A stretch of DNA of 62,526 nt from an uncultured Candidatus Saccharibacteria bacterium. Its GTDB lineage: Bacteria > Patescibacteriota > Saccharimonadia > Saccharimonadales > 2-12-FULL-41-12. Positions 40,184-50,536 of this stretch are shown here, one piece after another. A program made the translations under genes and the position numbers. The notes beneath the pieces are model-generated. The model saw only the letters and a program-made list of their open reading frames with translations. It had not been told where the DNA came from and ran no database searches. Positions within the stretch are counted from its first letter, which is position 1; each line of letters begins with the position of its first letter. The stretch is taken from positions 1-62,526 of the forward strand of contig CAYUFM010000004.1 in the NCBI GenBank assembly GCA_964444225.1, given 5' to 3'.

Positions 40184-41791
40184 TTAACCTACTACTCTGT
40201 AAACTTCTTCAAGAGTAGTTTCGCCAGCCAGAACCTTGATGATGCCGTCTTGAAGCATTGTTACCATGCCATCAGCTATAGCTTGGTCCTCTAGCATTTT
40301 GGTGGTGACCTGTTTGCCGGCAACGCCTCGCAAAAGGTCTTGCACACCATCACTCATCTTGAATTGCTCACGTAAAGCTAGCTGACCTTTGTATCCAAAT
40401 GGATTTTCCTCTGAACTGCCTGGCTTATAAAGAGTAATGTTATCCAAATTTGGTCGCTCAACCGACGGAGGCAAGGTCTCTATCACCTTCCAGATTTGTT
40501 GCTTTAATGTATCATCTGGCTGAAATCCAACTTTTGTCTCGTCATCAAGATGCCTGACCAGTCTCTGTGCCATCACTAAATGTACAGCGTTTACAAACAA
40601 AGGGTTAGTGCCGATCGCATCAAGCATGCGTGTAAGAGCTGCTGCTGATGAACTAGCATGATAAGTAGACAAGACTAGGTGCCCGGTAAGCGCGGCCTGA
40701 AGCGCTGTTTTGGCAGTATCTTGGTCACGAATCTCACCAACCATCACTACATCGGGGTCTAGACGCAGGACAGCTCGCAATTTTTCGGCAAAACCTTGCT
40801 CGTTTTGGTCACCGTTAACAGGAATTTGTACAACTCCAGGTATAAAATATTCGACCGGGTCTTCTAGAGTAATAATCTTGCGCTCAGTAGTATTAAGAGT
40901 GTTGATTATCGAATATAGCGTCGTAGTCTTACCAGAACCGGTTGGACCCACAACCAAAACCAACCCTGACGGGTGAGAGATCACCTCGTCAACCGCTGCA
41001 CGCTCCTCGGTATCGAGGCCAAGGTTATCTAACTGCAAATATTGTAGCTCAAAATTAAACAGCCTCATCACTATGTCGATTCCGTAAACCGTCGGTACTG
41101 TCTCGACACGCAAGTTCACCGTAACTTCCTCGCCTGTTGCTAATCTGTAATTCTGATTGATGTGACCAGTTTGAGCATCTGGACTACCTGTACTAACATT
41201 TGCCGCGATGGCTATGGTTGAAATAACTTGACGATATTTTTCGTAACTAATTCCGGCAACCGGATGAAGAACGCCATCTACCCGAATACGGACCCGCACT
41301 TCATGTTCCTGACATTCTAGATGAATGTCCGAGCCTTTCAACTGGTAACATTGCTTTACTAAATAAGCCACAACATCATCAGAAAGAACTTGGTCCAAAG
41401 TTGCAGTAACTCGCTGGTATAAATCACCTGTGTCTTCTTTAGAAATATTTACGTCTTCGTATGTGACTTGTTTTGGTGGATCATAAAGTTTTATATAGTC
41501 AGAAAAACCAGTGTCTGATATAAGAGAAAAGCTGATTTGGTGGTCCAAAAAACGCTTGCGCAAGCCGTCCATGTTCTGTTGTGAAGTCATGTTGGTAACG
41601 CCAAAAGAAATATTATGCGCATCCGCATAGAGAGGAATCACTCTAAGATGTTTAAGCTCATCAACACTGAGTACTTCGTGAAATAAAGATTTGTCAGGTC
41701 CCGACGTGTCTGAATAGTTCATGCCCAGAATCTGGGAACGTCTTTGAGTTGACTGCTCTTCAGTCTGTCGTGGATCTTGGCTCATATACAT
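40184..41791 (-). CDS. type IV pilus / T2SS assembly ATPase (PilB/GspE family); start may be 41785
   Basis: SDIHLE, RIRVDGVL, GPTGSGKT, LEDPVE, LRLDPDVVMVGEIRD, TGHLVLSTYH. Confidence 0.93.
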   Translation of the reverse strand: MYMSQDPRQTEEQSTQRRSQILGMNYSDTSGPDKSLFHEVLSVDELKHLRVIPLYADAHNISFGVTNMTSQQNMDGLRKRFLDHQISFSLISDTGFSDYIKLYDPPKQVTYEDVNISKEDTGDLYQRVTATLDQVLSDDVVAYLVKQCYQLKGSDIHLECQEHEVRVRIRVDGVLHPVAGISYEKYRQVISTIAIAANVSTGSPDAQTGHINQNYRLATGEEVTVNLRVETVPTVYGIDIVMRLFNFELQYLQLDNLGLDTEERAAVDEVISHPSGLVLVVGPTGSGKTTTLYSIINTLNTTERKIITLEDPVEYFIPGVVQIPVNGDQNEQGFAEKLRAVLRLDPDVVMVGEIRDQDTAKTALQAALTGHLVLSTYHASSSAAALTRMLDAIGTNPLFVNAVHLVMAQRLVRHLDDETKVGFQPDDTLKQQIWKVIETLPPSVERPNLDNITLYKPGSSEENPFGYKGQLALREQFKMSDGVQDLLRGVAGKQVTTKMLEDQAIADGMVTMLQDGIIKVLAGETTLEEVYRVVG

Positions 41792-41823
41792 TAATTAAAA
41801 CATAAGTGTTATGACCTTGTATA

Positions 41824-42007
41824 CTACCTAGATGAACACGCATTCTGCACTTAGCTCAGTTTTGGTGCGACCAGGAAGCACGCAACGAGCCGTACATGAG
41901 GTACGGTGAGTGAGTACTGAACTAGACAAACCAGAAATGAGCAAGAGGCCAGCGGTGTCTCAGGCTACGCCTGAGAGCAGACTGGCTGGTGCAGAAGACG
42001 TGGGTAG
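41824..42007 (+). repeat. structured ERIC/RPE-like element at the 5' end of the TrmH-family gene
   Basis: CACG..TTCTGCAC / GTGCAGAA..CGTG closing stem, GCTCAGTTTTGGT / ACCAGAAATGAGC stem, GAGCCGTAC-ATGAG-GTACGGTGA core, TCTCAGGC-TAC-GCCTGAGA hairpin. Confidence 0.75.
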
Positions 42008-42497
42008 AAACATTGTGGTGGTAGCGCACAATATCAGAAGCACCCATAACGTTGGGTCGATTCTGCGCACCTGCGATGGGTTTGGTGTCAATAAAGTTTA
42101 CTTTACCGGCTATACACCATACCCAAAATCAGACAATGACGACCGCTTGCCATATTTAGCAGAAAAAATTAATAGCCAAATTCACAAAACTGCTCTAGGA
42201 GCCGAAAAATCTGTAAAATGGCAAAAAGCCGAGATAAGCGAAATTATCAAAGTACTAAGGGACACTGGTTTTGCCATACTCGGCTTAGAGCAACAACCAG
42301 AGAGTATCCCCCTAAACGAATATGACTCACCAGTAAAAGTAGCTCTTATACTAGGCGAAGAAGTTGACGGGATTCCGGAAAATATTACTAATCTGTGTGA
42401 TGAATTTGTGGAGATTACTATGGTTGGTAGCAAGGAATCCTTTAACGTATCCGTTGCTACGGGCATAGCACTATACCAACTGCGTTTTGGAAAATAG
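42000..42497 (+). CDS. TrmH/SpoU family RNA 2'-O-methyltransferase (start uncertain: GTG 42000 or 41910)
   Basis: HNIRSTHNVGSILRT, ALILGEEVDGI, ESFNVSVA SPOUT motifs. Confidence 0.88.
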   Translation: MGRNIVVVAHNIRSTHNVGSILRTCDGFGVNKVYFTGYTPYPKSDNDDRLPYLAEKINSQIHKTALGAEKSVKWQKAEISEIIKVLRDTGFAILGLEQQPESIPLNEYDSPVKVALILGEEVDGIPENITNLCDEFVEITMVGSKESFNVSVATGIALYQLRFGK

Positions 42498-42523
42498 CTT
42501 AAATATGATATAAACATAAGCAG

Positions 42524-43429
42524 ATGCCATCAAAACAAAAAAAAGTTCATCACAAAGGCAAGCACAACGAAAGACACACTAAAGGTTTTTTGAAAGCTTA
42601 CGCCCCATACCTGCCCCTTCTAGTAATTGTGGGCTTTGGTTTGTTTATTTCTACGACTAGCACATTCCGAAAAAGTGGCGACGTACTTTCGTACGCTACC
42701 AATACATCAGACCCAGGGCTTCTTGAAGCCACCAATAAAGCCAGGGCAGAAAACGGCCTTTCTGCTCTTAAATATAACGTTACACTAGACCAAGCAGCAC
42801 AAGAAAAGGCCAAAGATATGGCTACGCGAAATTATTGGTCCCACAACACACCTGACGGGAAAGAGCCTTGGGTTTTCTTTGAATCTGCTGGATATAAATA
42901 TTACAAAGCAGCCGAAAATCTTGCATATGGATTTTCCGATAGTGATTCAACAGTGGTCGGCTGGATGAACAGTCCGTCGCACCGGGCAAACGTGCTAGAT
43001 AAAGAACTTGCGGAAGTAGGTTTTGGCATAATAAACGTAGAAAATTATCAAAATAAAGGCCAAGAAACCATCGTGGTCGCAATGTACGGAACACCCGCCA
43101 ACTCAAATGTAGCCGCAGCTCCAGAAATAAAAATTGGAGGAGGAGAACCAAATGCCGTATTTGCATCTAGCAATACTAACCTTGAGTCTAAAAAAATTAG
43201 CTACGCTCAAATGCTGACGGGGGGTTCTGCGCCATGGATAACCTTCGCCGTTGGTTTAATGATAGGATTAATTGTTATGTATCTTGTCCTAAAACATACT
43301 CGTAACTTGGTGCGGGCTATCCGAAATGGAGAAAAGTTTATTTTGCATCACCCGCTACTGGATGCTACGGTTGTTGCGCTATTGGCGCTTGCTACTGTCG
43401 TAGCGCAAACTGCCGGCGTAATCCATTAA
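42524..43429 (+). CDS. CAP/SCP domain membrane protein
   Basis: NKARAENGL..L, YWSH, AENLA, GWMNSPSHRANVL; N- and C-terminal TMs. Confidence 0.92.
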   Translation: MPSKQKKVHHKGKHNERHTKGFLKAYAPYLPLLVIVGFGLFISTTSTFRKSGDVLSYATNTSDPGLLEATNKARAENGLSALKYNVTLDQAAQEKAKDMATRNYWSHNTPDGKEPWVFFESAGYKYYKAAENLAYGFSDSDSTVVGWMNSPSHRANVLDKELAEVGFGIINVENYQNKGQETIVVAMYGTPANSNVAAAPEIKIGGGEPNAVFASSNTNLESKKISYAQMLTGGSAPWITFAVGLMIGLIVMYLVLKHTRNLVRAIRNGEKFILHHPLLDATVVALLALATVVAQTAGVIH

Positions 43430-43444
43430 ATCATTCCACACCAA

Positions 43445-46400
43445 CTAGCTGAGCTTGACTTTATCTTTGCCAAAAATGTCTGAAAGATCGTTTTGCAAAG
43501 ATTGATTCGAGTCAACATGAGTTGGCAGTTTAACTAACTGCTTTTTCTCGTCTGGACCAATGACCAAAACCACTTCTGTTTCGCCAGGAGAGGCATCCAG
43601 CCTAGTTTTTAATGATTCTAGTTTAGAAGCATCAGATGTGTCTAGCATACGTATATAAAGTCGTATTTTTTTAGCTAACTCAGGTTCTGATTGTGGATTC
43701 ACAACTTCTGCTTTTTTTATAGTTTTTTTGACCGTAGGTTTTGGAACCTTAACTTTTTTACCGGTTGGCTGGTAGGCTTTAGCTTGTTCTATACTAACCT
43801 CGCGCGCATCATCGACCATAATCTTTATCTCATCACTCGGATTACCTTCACGATCTTTGGTATTAACTTTGCCACTTACTGCAACAACATTGTCTCTGTC
43901 CCATATACCAACTGTTTGTTGGTAGGTATTTGGAAATAAAATAAGCTCTATTTCTTTTGTAAAATCGATAATTTTTACAAAGGCCATTTTTTGACCATTC
44001 TTGGTTGTTATTTCTCTAAATTCAGTAATTGATCCCCCAACTTTTACAGACTTTCCGTCATGATGTACCTCGATCTCTGAGAGTGGAACACATTTTTCAT
44101 TCAAGAATGCCTCGTAGTCACTTAGAGGATGTTGACTAAGATAAAGCCCTAAGAGTTCACGCTCCCAAATAAGTTGTTCTCTGCCACTAAACTCTGGCAA
44201 AGACTCATCTAGAGTAAGCTTTGGGGCAATCGATTGACCAACTTCAAGATTGCCGAATAAATCTGTCTGACCACTGTTTAGATCTTTTTGAATACGGTTC
44301 GCATGGGCTAAAATTGCCTCGATATTATTAAGTAACACACTCCTATTACCAAACCCGTCTAATGCGCCTGCTTTGATAAGACTTTCGAGTCCTTTTTTGT
44401 TGACAATCCTTGGGCTTACTTTGCTCAAAAAATCATCCAATGACTTAAAGCCATTATCGATTTCTCGAGCTCTTAAAATCTCCTCTACAGCTCCACTTCC
44501 TACATTTTTTATAGCGCTCATCCCAAATCTAATTTGCTCGGCTCCAGAGTCGCCGATTACCGCAAATTCTGCAAAAGACTCTCTTACATCTGGCGCAAGC
44601 ACGGTGATACCCATGTTCTTGCATTCACTAATTTCTATTGCCAAACGGTCAATGTCGTCGAAATCACTAGTCATAAGAGCTGCCATAAAAGCACTCGGAT
44701 AGTTTGCTTTCAAATACGCAGTCCAGTAAGAAATCATTCCGTAACAAGCTGAATGTGACTTATTAAAACAGTAATCCGCAAAGCCAATAAGTTTATTCCA
44801 AAAGTCCTGGATTAGTTTACGATCTATACCATTCTCTACCGCACCTTCAATAAAGCGTTTTTCCATTTTCATCATCATGTCACGCTTTTTCTTACCGATG
44901 GCCTTACGTAAAGTATCGGCCTCGCCACCACTAAACCCACAAACATCGCGTGATATCTGCATAAACTGCTCTTGGTAAACCAAAACTCCGTAGGTGCTTT
45001 CTAGGGCAGGCTTCATTTTTGGATGGTCGTAAACAACTTTTTCTAGATTATTTTTTCTACGAATAAAACTATCCGTCAGCCCAGCACTCAGCGGGCCCGG
45101 ACGATAAAGCGCACCCATAGCAACTATGTCACCGAATTCTGTAGGCTTTAGATCTTTTAAATATCGTTTCATTCCTGAAGACTCAAACTGAAATACGCCA
45201 GTTGTGTCGCCTCGTTGCAAAAGCTCGTACGTTTTTTTGTCGTCTAGAGGAAGTGAACCAAGGTCAATATCTACCTCGTAAACTTTTTTTATAATTCTTA
45301 GTGCATTTTTTACGATAGTTAGATTAGACAGGCCTAAAAAGTCCATTTTTAGAAGACCTAAATCTTCAACTGGGCCCATAGAATATTGTGTAGAGATCAC
45401 TCCCTTCTGAGCCATCTCGAGTGGTGTAAATTTGACAATATCATCAGGAGCTATCACAACACCCGCAGCATGAACTCCATGACTACGTATCGTACCTTCT
45501 AGTCTAATTGCAAGGTCAAAAACTTCTTTAGCAGTGTCATTAGTCTCGTATTCTCGCTTTAGGTCTATATTTTCTATTAACGATGTAGCTAGTGGGATGT
45601 GTCTTCCTTGAACTGGGGGAGGTATCATTTTTGCTAAACGATCAGACTCAGCGTAAGGAACCTGCAAAACCCTGGCAACATCACGGACCGCGTTACGAGC
45701 CGCCATACGACCAAAAGTAACGATATTGGCTACCCTTTCTTCGCTATACTTATCGATACAATACTGAATAACTTCGTCACGTCTAGTATCTTGAATATCA
45801 ATATCAACATCAGGCATGCTTATTCGGTCGGGGTTGAGAAACCTTTCAAACAAAAGATCGTACTTGAGAGGATCAAGCTCTGTGATATTCATAGCATAAG
45901 CAATGATAGATCCGGCCGCACTTCCCCTGCCCGGCCCGAAAACAATCCCCTGATCTTTACCCCAATTTATAAAATCTGCGACTATTAAGAAGTAGCCGTT
46001 AAAGCCCATTTTGTCTATAACGGACATTTCATATTGGGCACGTTCCAGTACGTGTTTTGGAATTAGTTTTTTTGCGTCATCTTTAGAAATACTCAACGAA
46101 TCTTTCCGACTAAGCTCACCATACTTCCAAGCAAGTCCGCCGTAGACTAATCTTTTCAAATAACTACTTTCAGTCTCGCCTTTAGGAACCGGAAATTTTG
46201 GGATCAATATTTCACCTAGTTTAATTTCTAGACTGCAACGATCTGCGATTAGTTTTGTGTTTTTTATCGACTCCTGATGTTCGCTACCCCAACGCTCGAT
46301 TATTTCTTCTGGTTTTGCAACATGAAGCTCAAAATCTTTTAGGCTCATCCTATTTTGGTCAGAAAGGAAGGATCCAGTTTGAACACAAAGCAAAATTTCA

Positions 46401-47098
46401 TGCGCTTCTTGGTCTTCAGAATGAAGATAATGCGCATCTCCTGTAATAACGGTTGGAATATCCAGTTCTGATGCAATTTTAAAAGCCTGTTTATTCACTT
46501 CGACTTGATCTTGCCATTTACTTGGATGGTTCGGGTGACCATGATCTTGAATCTCTATATAGTACCTATCACCAAACGTATCTTTATACCATTTTGCAAC
46601 ATCAACGGCCTGGTCGTACTGACCCTGCTTTAATGCGTCACCAAGCTCACCACTTATACAACCAGATAATACTATGAGTCCTTCATTAAATTGCTTGAGC
46701 AAGTCGCGGTCTATTCTTGGTTTGTAATAAAACCCATCCAGATTGGCTATAGTGCTAAGTCGCATTAGATTTTCATAGCCTTTATTATTCATGGCTAGAA
46801 TAATCAAGTGAAAATACTGCTTATCTACACCAGCCTCTTTATTTATGTGCTTACGGGAAGCAATATATGCCTCCATCCCAACAATTGGCTTCACTCCTGC
46901 CGAACGTGCAGTTTGATAAAATTCTATCGCCCCAGAAAGCGTACCGTGGTCGGTCATCGCTACCGCTTCCATACCTGATTTTTTTATCTCTTCAATAAGG
47001 GCGGGGACTTTTGTTAGCCCATCAAGCAAACTGTACTGAGTATGATTGTGCAAATGCACAAAATCAGAAGACTTTAAGTTGGTTTTTTTATCCCCCAT
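43445..47098 (-). CDS. dnaE: DNA polymerase III alpha subunit
   Basis: PHP domain HLHNHTQYSLLDG, GPGRGSAAGS, PDVDID, FNKSHS, C-terminal OB fold. Confidence 0.98.
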   Translation of the reverse strand: MGDKKTNLKSSDFVHLHNHTQYSLLDGLTKVPALIEEIKKSGMEAVAMTDHGTLSGAIEFYQTARSAGVKPIVGMEAYIASRKHINKEAGVDKQYFHLIILAMNNKGYENLMRLSTIANLDGFYYKPRIDRDLLKQFNEGLIVLSGCISGELGDALKQGQYDQAVDVAKWYKDTFGDRYYIEIQDHGHPNHPSKWQDQVEVNKQAFKIASELDIPTVITGDAHYLHSEDQEAHEILLCVQTGSFLSDQNRMSLKDFELHVAKPEEIIERWGSEHQESIKNTKLIADRCSLEIKLGEILIPKFPVPKGETESSYLKRLVYGGLAWKYGELSRKDSLSISKDDAKKLIPKHVLERAQYEMSVIDKMGFNGYFLIVADFINWGKDQGIVFGPGRGSAAGSIIAYAMNITELDPLKYDLLFERFLNPDRISMPDVDIDIQDTRRDEVIQYCIDKYSEERVANIVTFGRMAARNAVRDVARVLQVPYAESDRLAKMIPPPVQGRHIPLATSLIENIDLKREYETNDTAKEVFDLAIRLEGTIRSHGVHAAGVVIAPDDIVKFTPLEMAQKGVISTQYSMGPVEDLGLLKMDFLGLSNLTIVKNALRIIKKVYEVDIDLGSLPLDDKKTYELLQRGDTTGVFQFESSGMKRYLKDLKPTEFGDIVAMGALYRPGPLSAGLTDSFIRRKNNLEKVVYDHPKMKPALESTYGVLVYQEQFMQISRDVCGFSGGEADTLRKAIGKKKRDMMMKMEKRFIEGAVENGIDRKLIQDFWNKLIGFADYCFNKSHSACYGMISYWTAYLKANYPSAFMAALMTSDFDDIDRLAIEISECKNMGITVLAPDVRESFAEFAVIGDSGAEQIRFGMSAIKNVGSGAVEEILRAREIDNGFKSLDDFLSKVSPRIVNKKGLESLIKAGALDGFGNRSVLLNNIEAILAHANRIQKDLNSGQTDLFGNLEVGQSIAPKLTLDESLPEFSGREQLIWERELLGLYLSQHPLSDYEAFLNEKCVPLSEIEVHHDGKSVKVGGSITEFREITTKNGQKMAFVKIIDFTKEIELILFPNTYQQTVGIWDRDNVVAVSGKVNTKDREGNPSDEIKIMVDDAREVSIEQAKAYQPTGKKVKVPKPTVKKTIKKAEVVNPQSEPELAKKIRLYIRMLDTSDASKLESLKTRLDASPGETEVVLVIGPDEKKQLVKLPTHVDSNQSLQNDLSDIFGKDKVKLS

Positions 47099-47156
47099 TA
47101 CATATATTTTAGCCTAGCTACGACTAAATAGTAACAAAGTAAGTGTTGTTAATATT

Positions 47157-47555
47157 TTATTTTTTCTTTAAGTAGGTAATTAGATTTTTCTTAGCTAATT
47201 TAACTTCTTCTATTACTGCGTTAAGGCTAGGGTCGTCTGCCTCACCATTCCTGACGGCACTCAGCATTTCTCGTGTTTTTTCTTTGGCGTCTTTAGCTTT
47301 TTTTAATGTAGGCGCTAACTCAGCTTTAGCTTTTGCTGATAGTTTTTTTCCTTTAGTTTCTGCTTCTTTTATAAGTTCCTTCAATTCACTGTGAGTAGTT
47401 TTTAGGTTCTTTTCTGCCTCAATTCTGGCTTTAGAAACATTATTCATGATGTCTTTTCTGGTTTTTTTACCACTTTTTGGAGCTGTGAGGATCCCTGCAA
47501 GATAGCTGGCACCAGCAATAATCACAGTACCAACGGCGATAGTTTTTTTACGCAC
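47157..47555 (-). CDS. YtxH domain protein
   Basis: AGILTAPKSGKKTRKDI motif after an N-terminal TM. Confidence 0.85.
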   Translation of the reverse strand: MRKKTIAVGTVIIAGASYLAGILTAPKSGKKTRKDIMNNVSKARIEAEKNLKTTHSELKELIKEAETKGKKLSAKAKAELAPTLKKAKDAKEKTREMLSAVRNGEADDPSLNAVIEEVKLAKKNLITYLKKK

Positions 47556-47818
47556 TATTTCTTCTTTCCTTTTTTTGGACTAAATGCATCTGATAAGTTT
47601 GAAACAAGTTTAACCAACGCAACTGGAGTAGCCGTTTTTTCAAAAAAAGAGCTAATATGATCAGCCCTATCTACTAAACTTTCGGCTCGAGTAGTAATTT
47701 TGTTAACGCTTTTACTTACTTTAGCTATTTTAAACAAAATAAAAATTATAATCAGCAGAATTATAATCAAAAGAGATGACATGATAACTACCAATACTTC
47801 AAACCAAGTCTCATTCAT
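47555..47818 (-). CDS. small membrane protein (DUF948/YtxG-like)
   Basis: N-terminal TM plus short coiled coil; coupled to the YtxH gene. Confidence 0.7.
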   Translation of the reverse strand: MNETWFEVLVVIMSSLLIIILLIIIFILFKIAKVSKSVNKITTRAESLVDRADHISSFFEKTATPVALVKLVSNLSDAFSPKKGKKK

Positions 47819-47828
47819 AATGTACTTA

Positions 47829-48725
47829 TTATTGTATCACGTCACGCAAGTGTGCAAGTAAACCGTCTTTAACTTCAGGGTTTTTTAGCCCAAAATCCAC
47901 AACAGTCTTTACGTACTCTAACTTGTTACCAGTATCATAATACTTTCCATTTGAAATCTTTAAAGCAAATATCTCTTTTCCGTCCTGAATCATATCTACC
48001 ATCGCAGGCTGGATCATAAACTCTTGACCTTCAACAACTTTAGACTTGGAGTTTATCAAGTAACCAAAGTAGTCTGGCGTGAATAAGTATGAACTTACAC
48101 TAGCTAAATTACTTGGCGCATTTTCTCTTCCTGGCTTTTCGATTATTGTCGACATTTTTATGATGCTCCCATCAACTTGTTCGCCCGCTACAATACCGTA
48201 TTTATCAAAATCATCATCATTATTTACCTCTATACAAGATAGTACGCTACTGCCAGTTTTTTCATATAGATCAATCATTTGCCTAAATCTTGATGGAGTT
48301 GCTTCGAAAAAATCATCAGCAAAGGCATATATAAAAGGTTCGTCGCCAATTACATGCTCGGCATTTAATAGTGGCGTAGCGTTGCCTAAAAGCCCTTTTT
48401 GGCGAAGATATACAAAATTTGCTAATGTAGAAATTTTTTTTACTTCATCCAAAAGCTCTGTTTTACCTGCGTTTTTTAAGTTTGCCCGAAGTTCGGCACT
48501 TAAATTATCAAAGTGATCTTCAATTGACCTTTTGTGATAGCCAGTTACTATAAATACATCCTCTATCCCGGCTTCAACAAGTTCCTCGACTATGTGCTGG
48601 ATAATTGGCTTGTCTACTAGTGGAAGCATTTCTTTAGGCATGGCTTTGGTTTGAGGTAAAAACCTTGTTCCGAAACCGGCTGCCGCAATTACTGCTTTTC
48701 TAACTTTTTTATTCTCGGTATTCAT
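47829..48725 (-). CDS. galU: UTP--glucose-1-phosphate uridylyltransferase
   Basis: KAVIAAAGFGTRFLPQTKAMPKEMLP, IEKP, YDTG. Confidence 0.93.
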   Translation of the reverse strand: MNTENKKVRKAVIAAAGFGTRFLPQTKAMPKEMLPLVDKPIIQHIVEELVEAGIEDVFIVTGYHKRSIEDHFDNLSAELRANLKNAGKTELLDEVKKISTLANFVYLRQKGLLGNATPLLNAEHVIGDEPFIYAFADDFFEATPSRFRQMIDLYEKTGSSVLSCIEVNNDDDFDKYGIVAGEQVDGSIIKMSTIIEKPGRENAPSNLASVSSYLFTPDYFGYLINSKSKVVEGQEFMIQPAMVDMIQDGKEIFALKISNGKYYDTGNKLEYVKTVVDFGLKNPEVKDGLLAHLRDVIQ

Positions 48726-50129
48726 TTAGCCCAACCTCTCTTTTATCATTTTTTGTACTAATGATGGATTAGCCTTTCCGCCAGACTGCTTCATAACTTG
48801 CCCTATCAGAAACCCTATAGCCTTCATCTCACCGTTTGATACATCATCTGCGGCCTGAGGGTTAGCCTCCAAAACTTCGGTTACAATTTTTTCAAGTTCT
48901 GAACTGTCTGAAATCTGAACAAGGCTCATCTCTTCAGCTAATTTTTTCATGTCTTCATTTGTCTCGGATTTTGCAAGTAAAGATTTTACTGCCGTGGAGT
49001 TGAGTTCGCCTTTTTTTACCATATCATGAACTTGCTCAAACTGCTGAATGCTAGGCAATGTATTACCGTCTTCGGAATTAAAATCATTTGCTATGTAGTT
49101 TGCTATAATTTTAGCTAGGTCTTTATCTTTGTTTTTACTAATATCAAATAGCATGGGGCCATGCATTTCCTCGATAACTGTTTCTATAACAGAATTGTTT
49201 AAGCCTGCACTAGATAGCTCGCTCCTGATTTCGTCCGGAAGTGGGCCCACCTCAGCAACTAGCTGTTCTATGTAACTATCCTCAAGAACTACTGGCGGGA
49301 TGTCAGGATCGGGCATGTAGCGATAGTCGTGAGCATCTTCTTTAGATCTTTGAGAGAATGTTTTTTGTTTTGTATCGTCCCAACCACGAGTTTCTTGAAC
49401 TATTTGTTGGCCATCTTCTAGCAGATCTACCTGCCGTTTTACTTCGTATTCGACTGCTCTTTCGACTGAACGGAAGCTGTTCAAATTCTTAATTTCGGTG
49501 CGATCACCAAGTTCTTCTGTTTTACTAACACTAACATTTACATCAAAACGCATGTTGCCATAATACAAATCTGCTTCTGACACATCAGCATACTTCATAA
49601 GTAAGTACAGTTCTCTTGCATAAGCCTTTGCCTCAGCCGAACTATGCATGTCTGGCTCGCTCACAATTTCAAGTAATGGTGTGCCTGCTCGGTTAAGATC
49701 CACTAAACTAAAGTCTTTACCGTCTGGGTGTGTGTTTTTTCCGGCATCTTCTTCTAGGTGGGCACGTGTAATCCCGATCTGCTTTTTTTGACCATCTACT
49801 GATATGTCTATATGCCCTCCAATAATAATCGGGTAGTATAGCTGAGATATCTGATACCCCTTTGGAAGATCGGGGTAAAAATAATGTTTCCTATCAAACG
49901 CACTAAATTTTTGAGCTTTAGTATTAAGGACTTTTGCAGTCTTAATGGCTAGGTCTACAGCCGTCTTATTTAGCACCGGCAAAGCTCCTGGCATACCTAA
50001 ACATATATGATTTACTAAAGTGTTAGGCGGGGCCTCTCGGGCATCGTTTCCTACAGCTGAGAAAAGTTTGGTTTTTGTCTTTAACTGCACATGACATTCG
50101 ATTCCGATAGTTGGAGTGTAGTCGCTCAT
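48726..50129 (-). CDS. gatB: Asp/Glu-tRNA amidotransferase subunit B
   Basis: IGIECHVQL, FDRKHYFYPDLPKGYQISQ, DYRYMPDPD. Confidence 0.98.
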   Translation of the reverse strand: MSDYTPTIGIECHVQLKTKTKLFSAVGNDAREAPPNTLVNHICLGMPGALPVLNKTAVDLAIKTAKVLNTKAQKFSAFDRKHYFYPDLPKGYQISQLYYPIIIGGHIDISVDGQKKQIGITRAHLEEDAGKNTHPDGKDFSLVDLNRAGTPLLEIVSEPDMHSSAEAKAYARELYLLMKYADVSEADLYYGNMRFDVNVSVSKTEELGDRTEIKNLNSFRSVERAVEYEVKRQVDLLEDGQQIVQETRGWDDTKQKTFSQRSKEDAHDYRYMPDPDIPPVVLEDSYIEQLVAEVGPLPDEIRSELSSAGLNNSVIETVIEEMHGPMLFDISKNKDKDLAKIIANYIANDFNSEDGNTLPSIQQFEQVHDMVKKGELNSTAVKSLLAKSETNEDMKKLAEEMSLVQISDSSELEKIVTEVLEANPQAADDVSNGEMKAIGFLIGQVMKQSGGKANPSLVQKMIKERLG

Positions 50130-50536
50130 TTTAAGGCTCCCAAATCTTTTAAGGCTTGTCCTATGCCTAGTAAGGCTTTTTTTGTGTCATCTTGGGTTAT
50201 TTTCGCATGCGGATTAGCATCAAGTTTGGTGCGGAGCTTATGACCAAACCAAACTCCATCGTTATTAGTAAAGATATTTTGTGCCGCCACCAGTCGTTCG
50301 CCCATCGTTAAGCCTTTGATCTTGCGTTTTTTTAAGGCTTTTTCTAACAAGTCATCGGCTTCGACTATGGCTTTTTGCCAACTTTCTTTTTCTGCACAAT
50401 ACTTCTGGATATTTTTCCAGTTTTCATAAAATTTATCGTGCTTTAACCTCTTTGGTAATTTTTTATAAATAAATAAGGCAGTGGAAATAGACACCAAAAC
50501 AATTGATACTATAAATATTATTTTCTCTGGACTCAT
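50126..50536 (-). CDS. hypothetical membrane-anchored protein within the gat operon
   Basis: N-terminal TM; 4-nt overlaps with gatA and gatB; AIVEAD..L, G.TMGERL. Confidence 0.85.
   Translation of the reverse strand: MSPEKIIFIVSIVLVSISTALFIYKKLPKRLKHDKFYENWKNIQKYCAEKESWQKAIVEADDLLEKALKKRKIKGLTMGERLVAAQNIFTNNDGVWFGHKLRTKLDANPHAKITQDDTKKALLGIGQALKDLGALK

Noticed and set aside
41907..41909. TGA read as Gly/Trp (alternative genetic code)
   Set aside because: hisS, uvrB and the PIN/TRAM gene end in TGA at their expected C-termini, and long genes contain no internal TGA.
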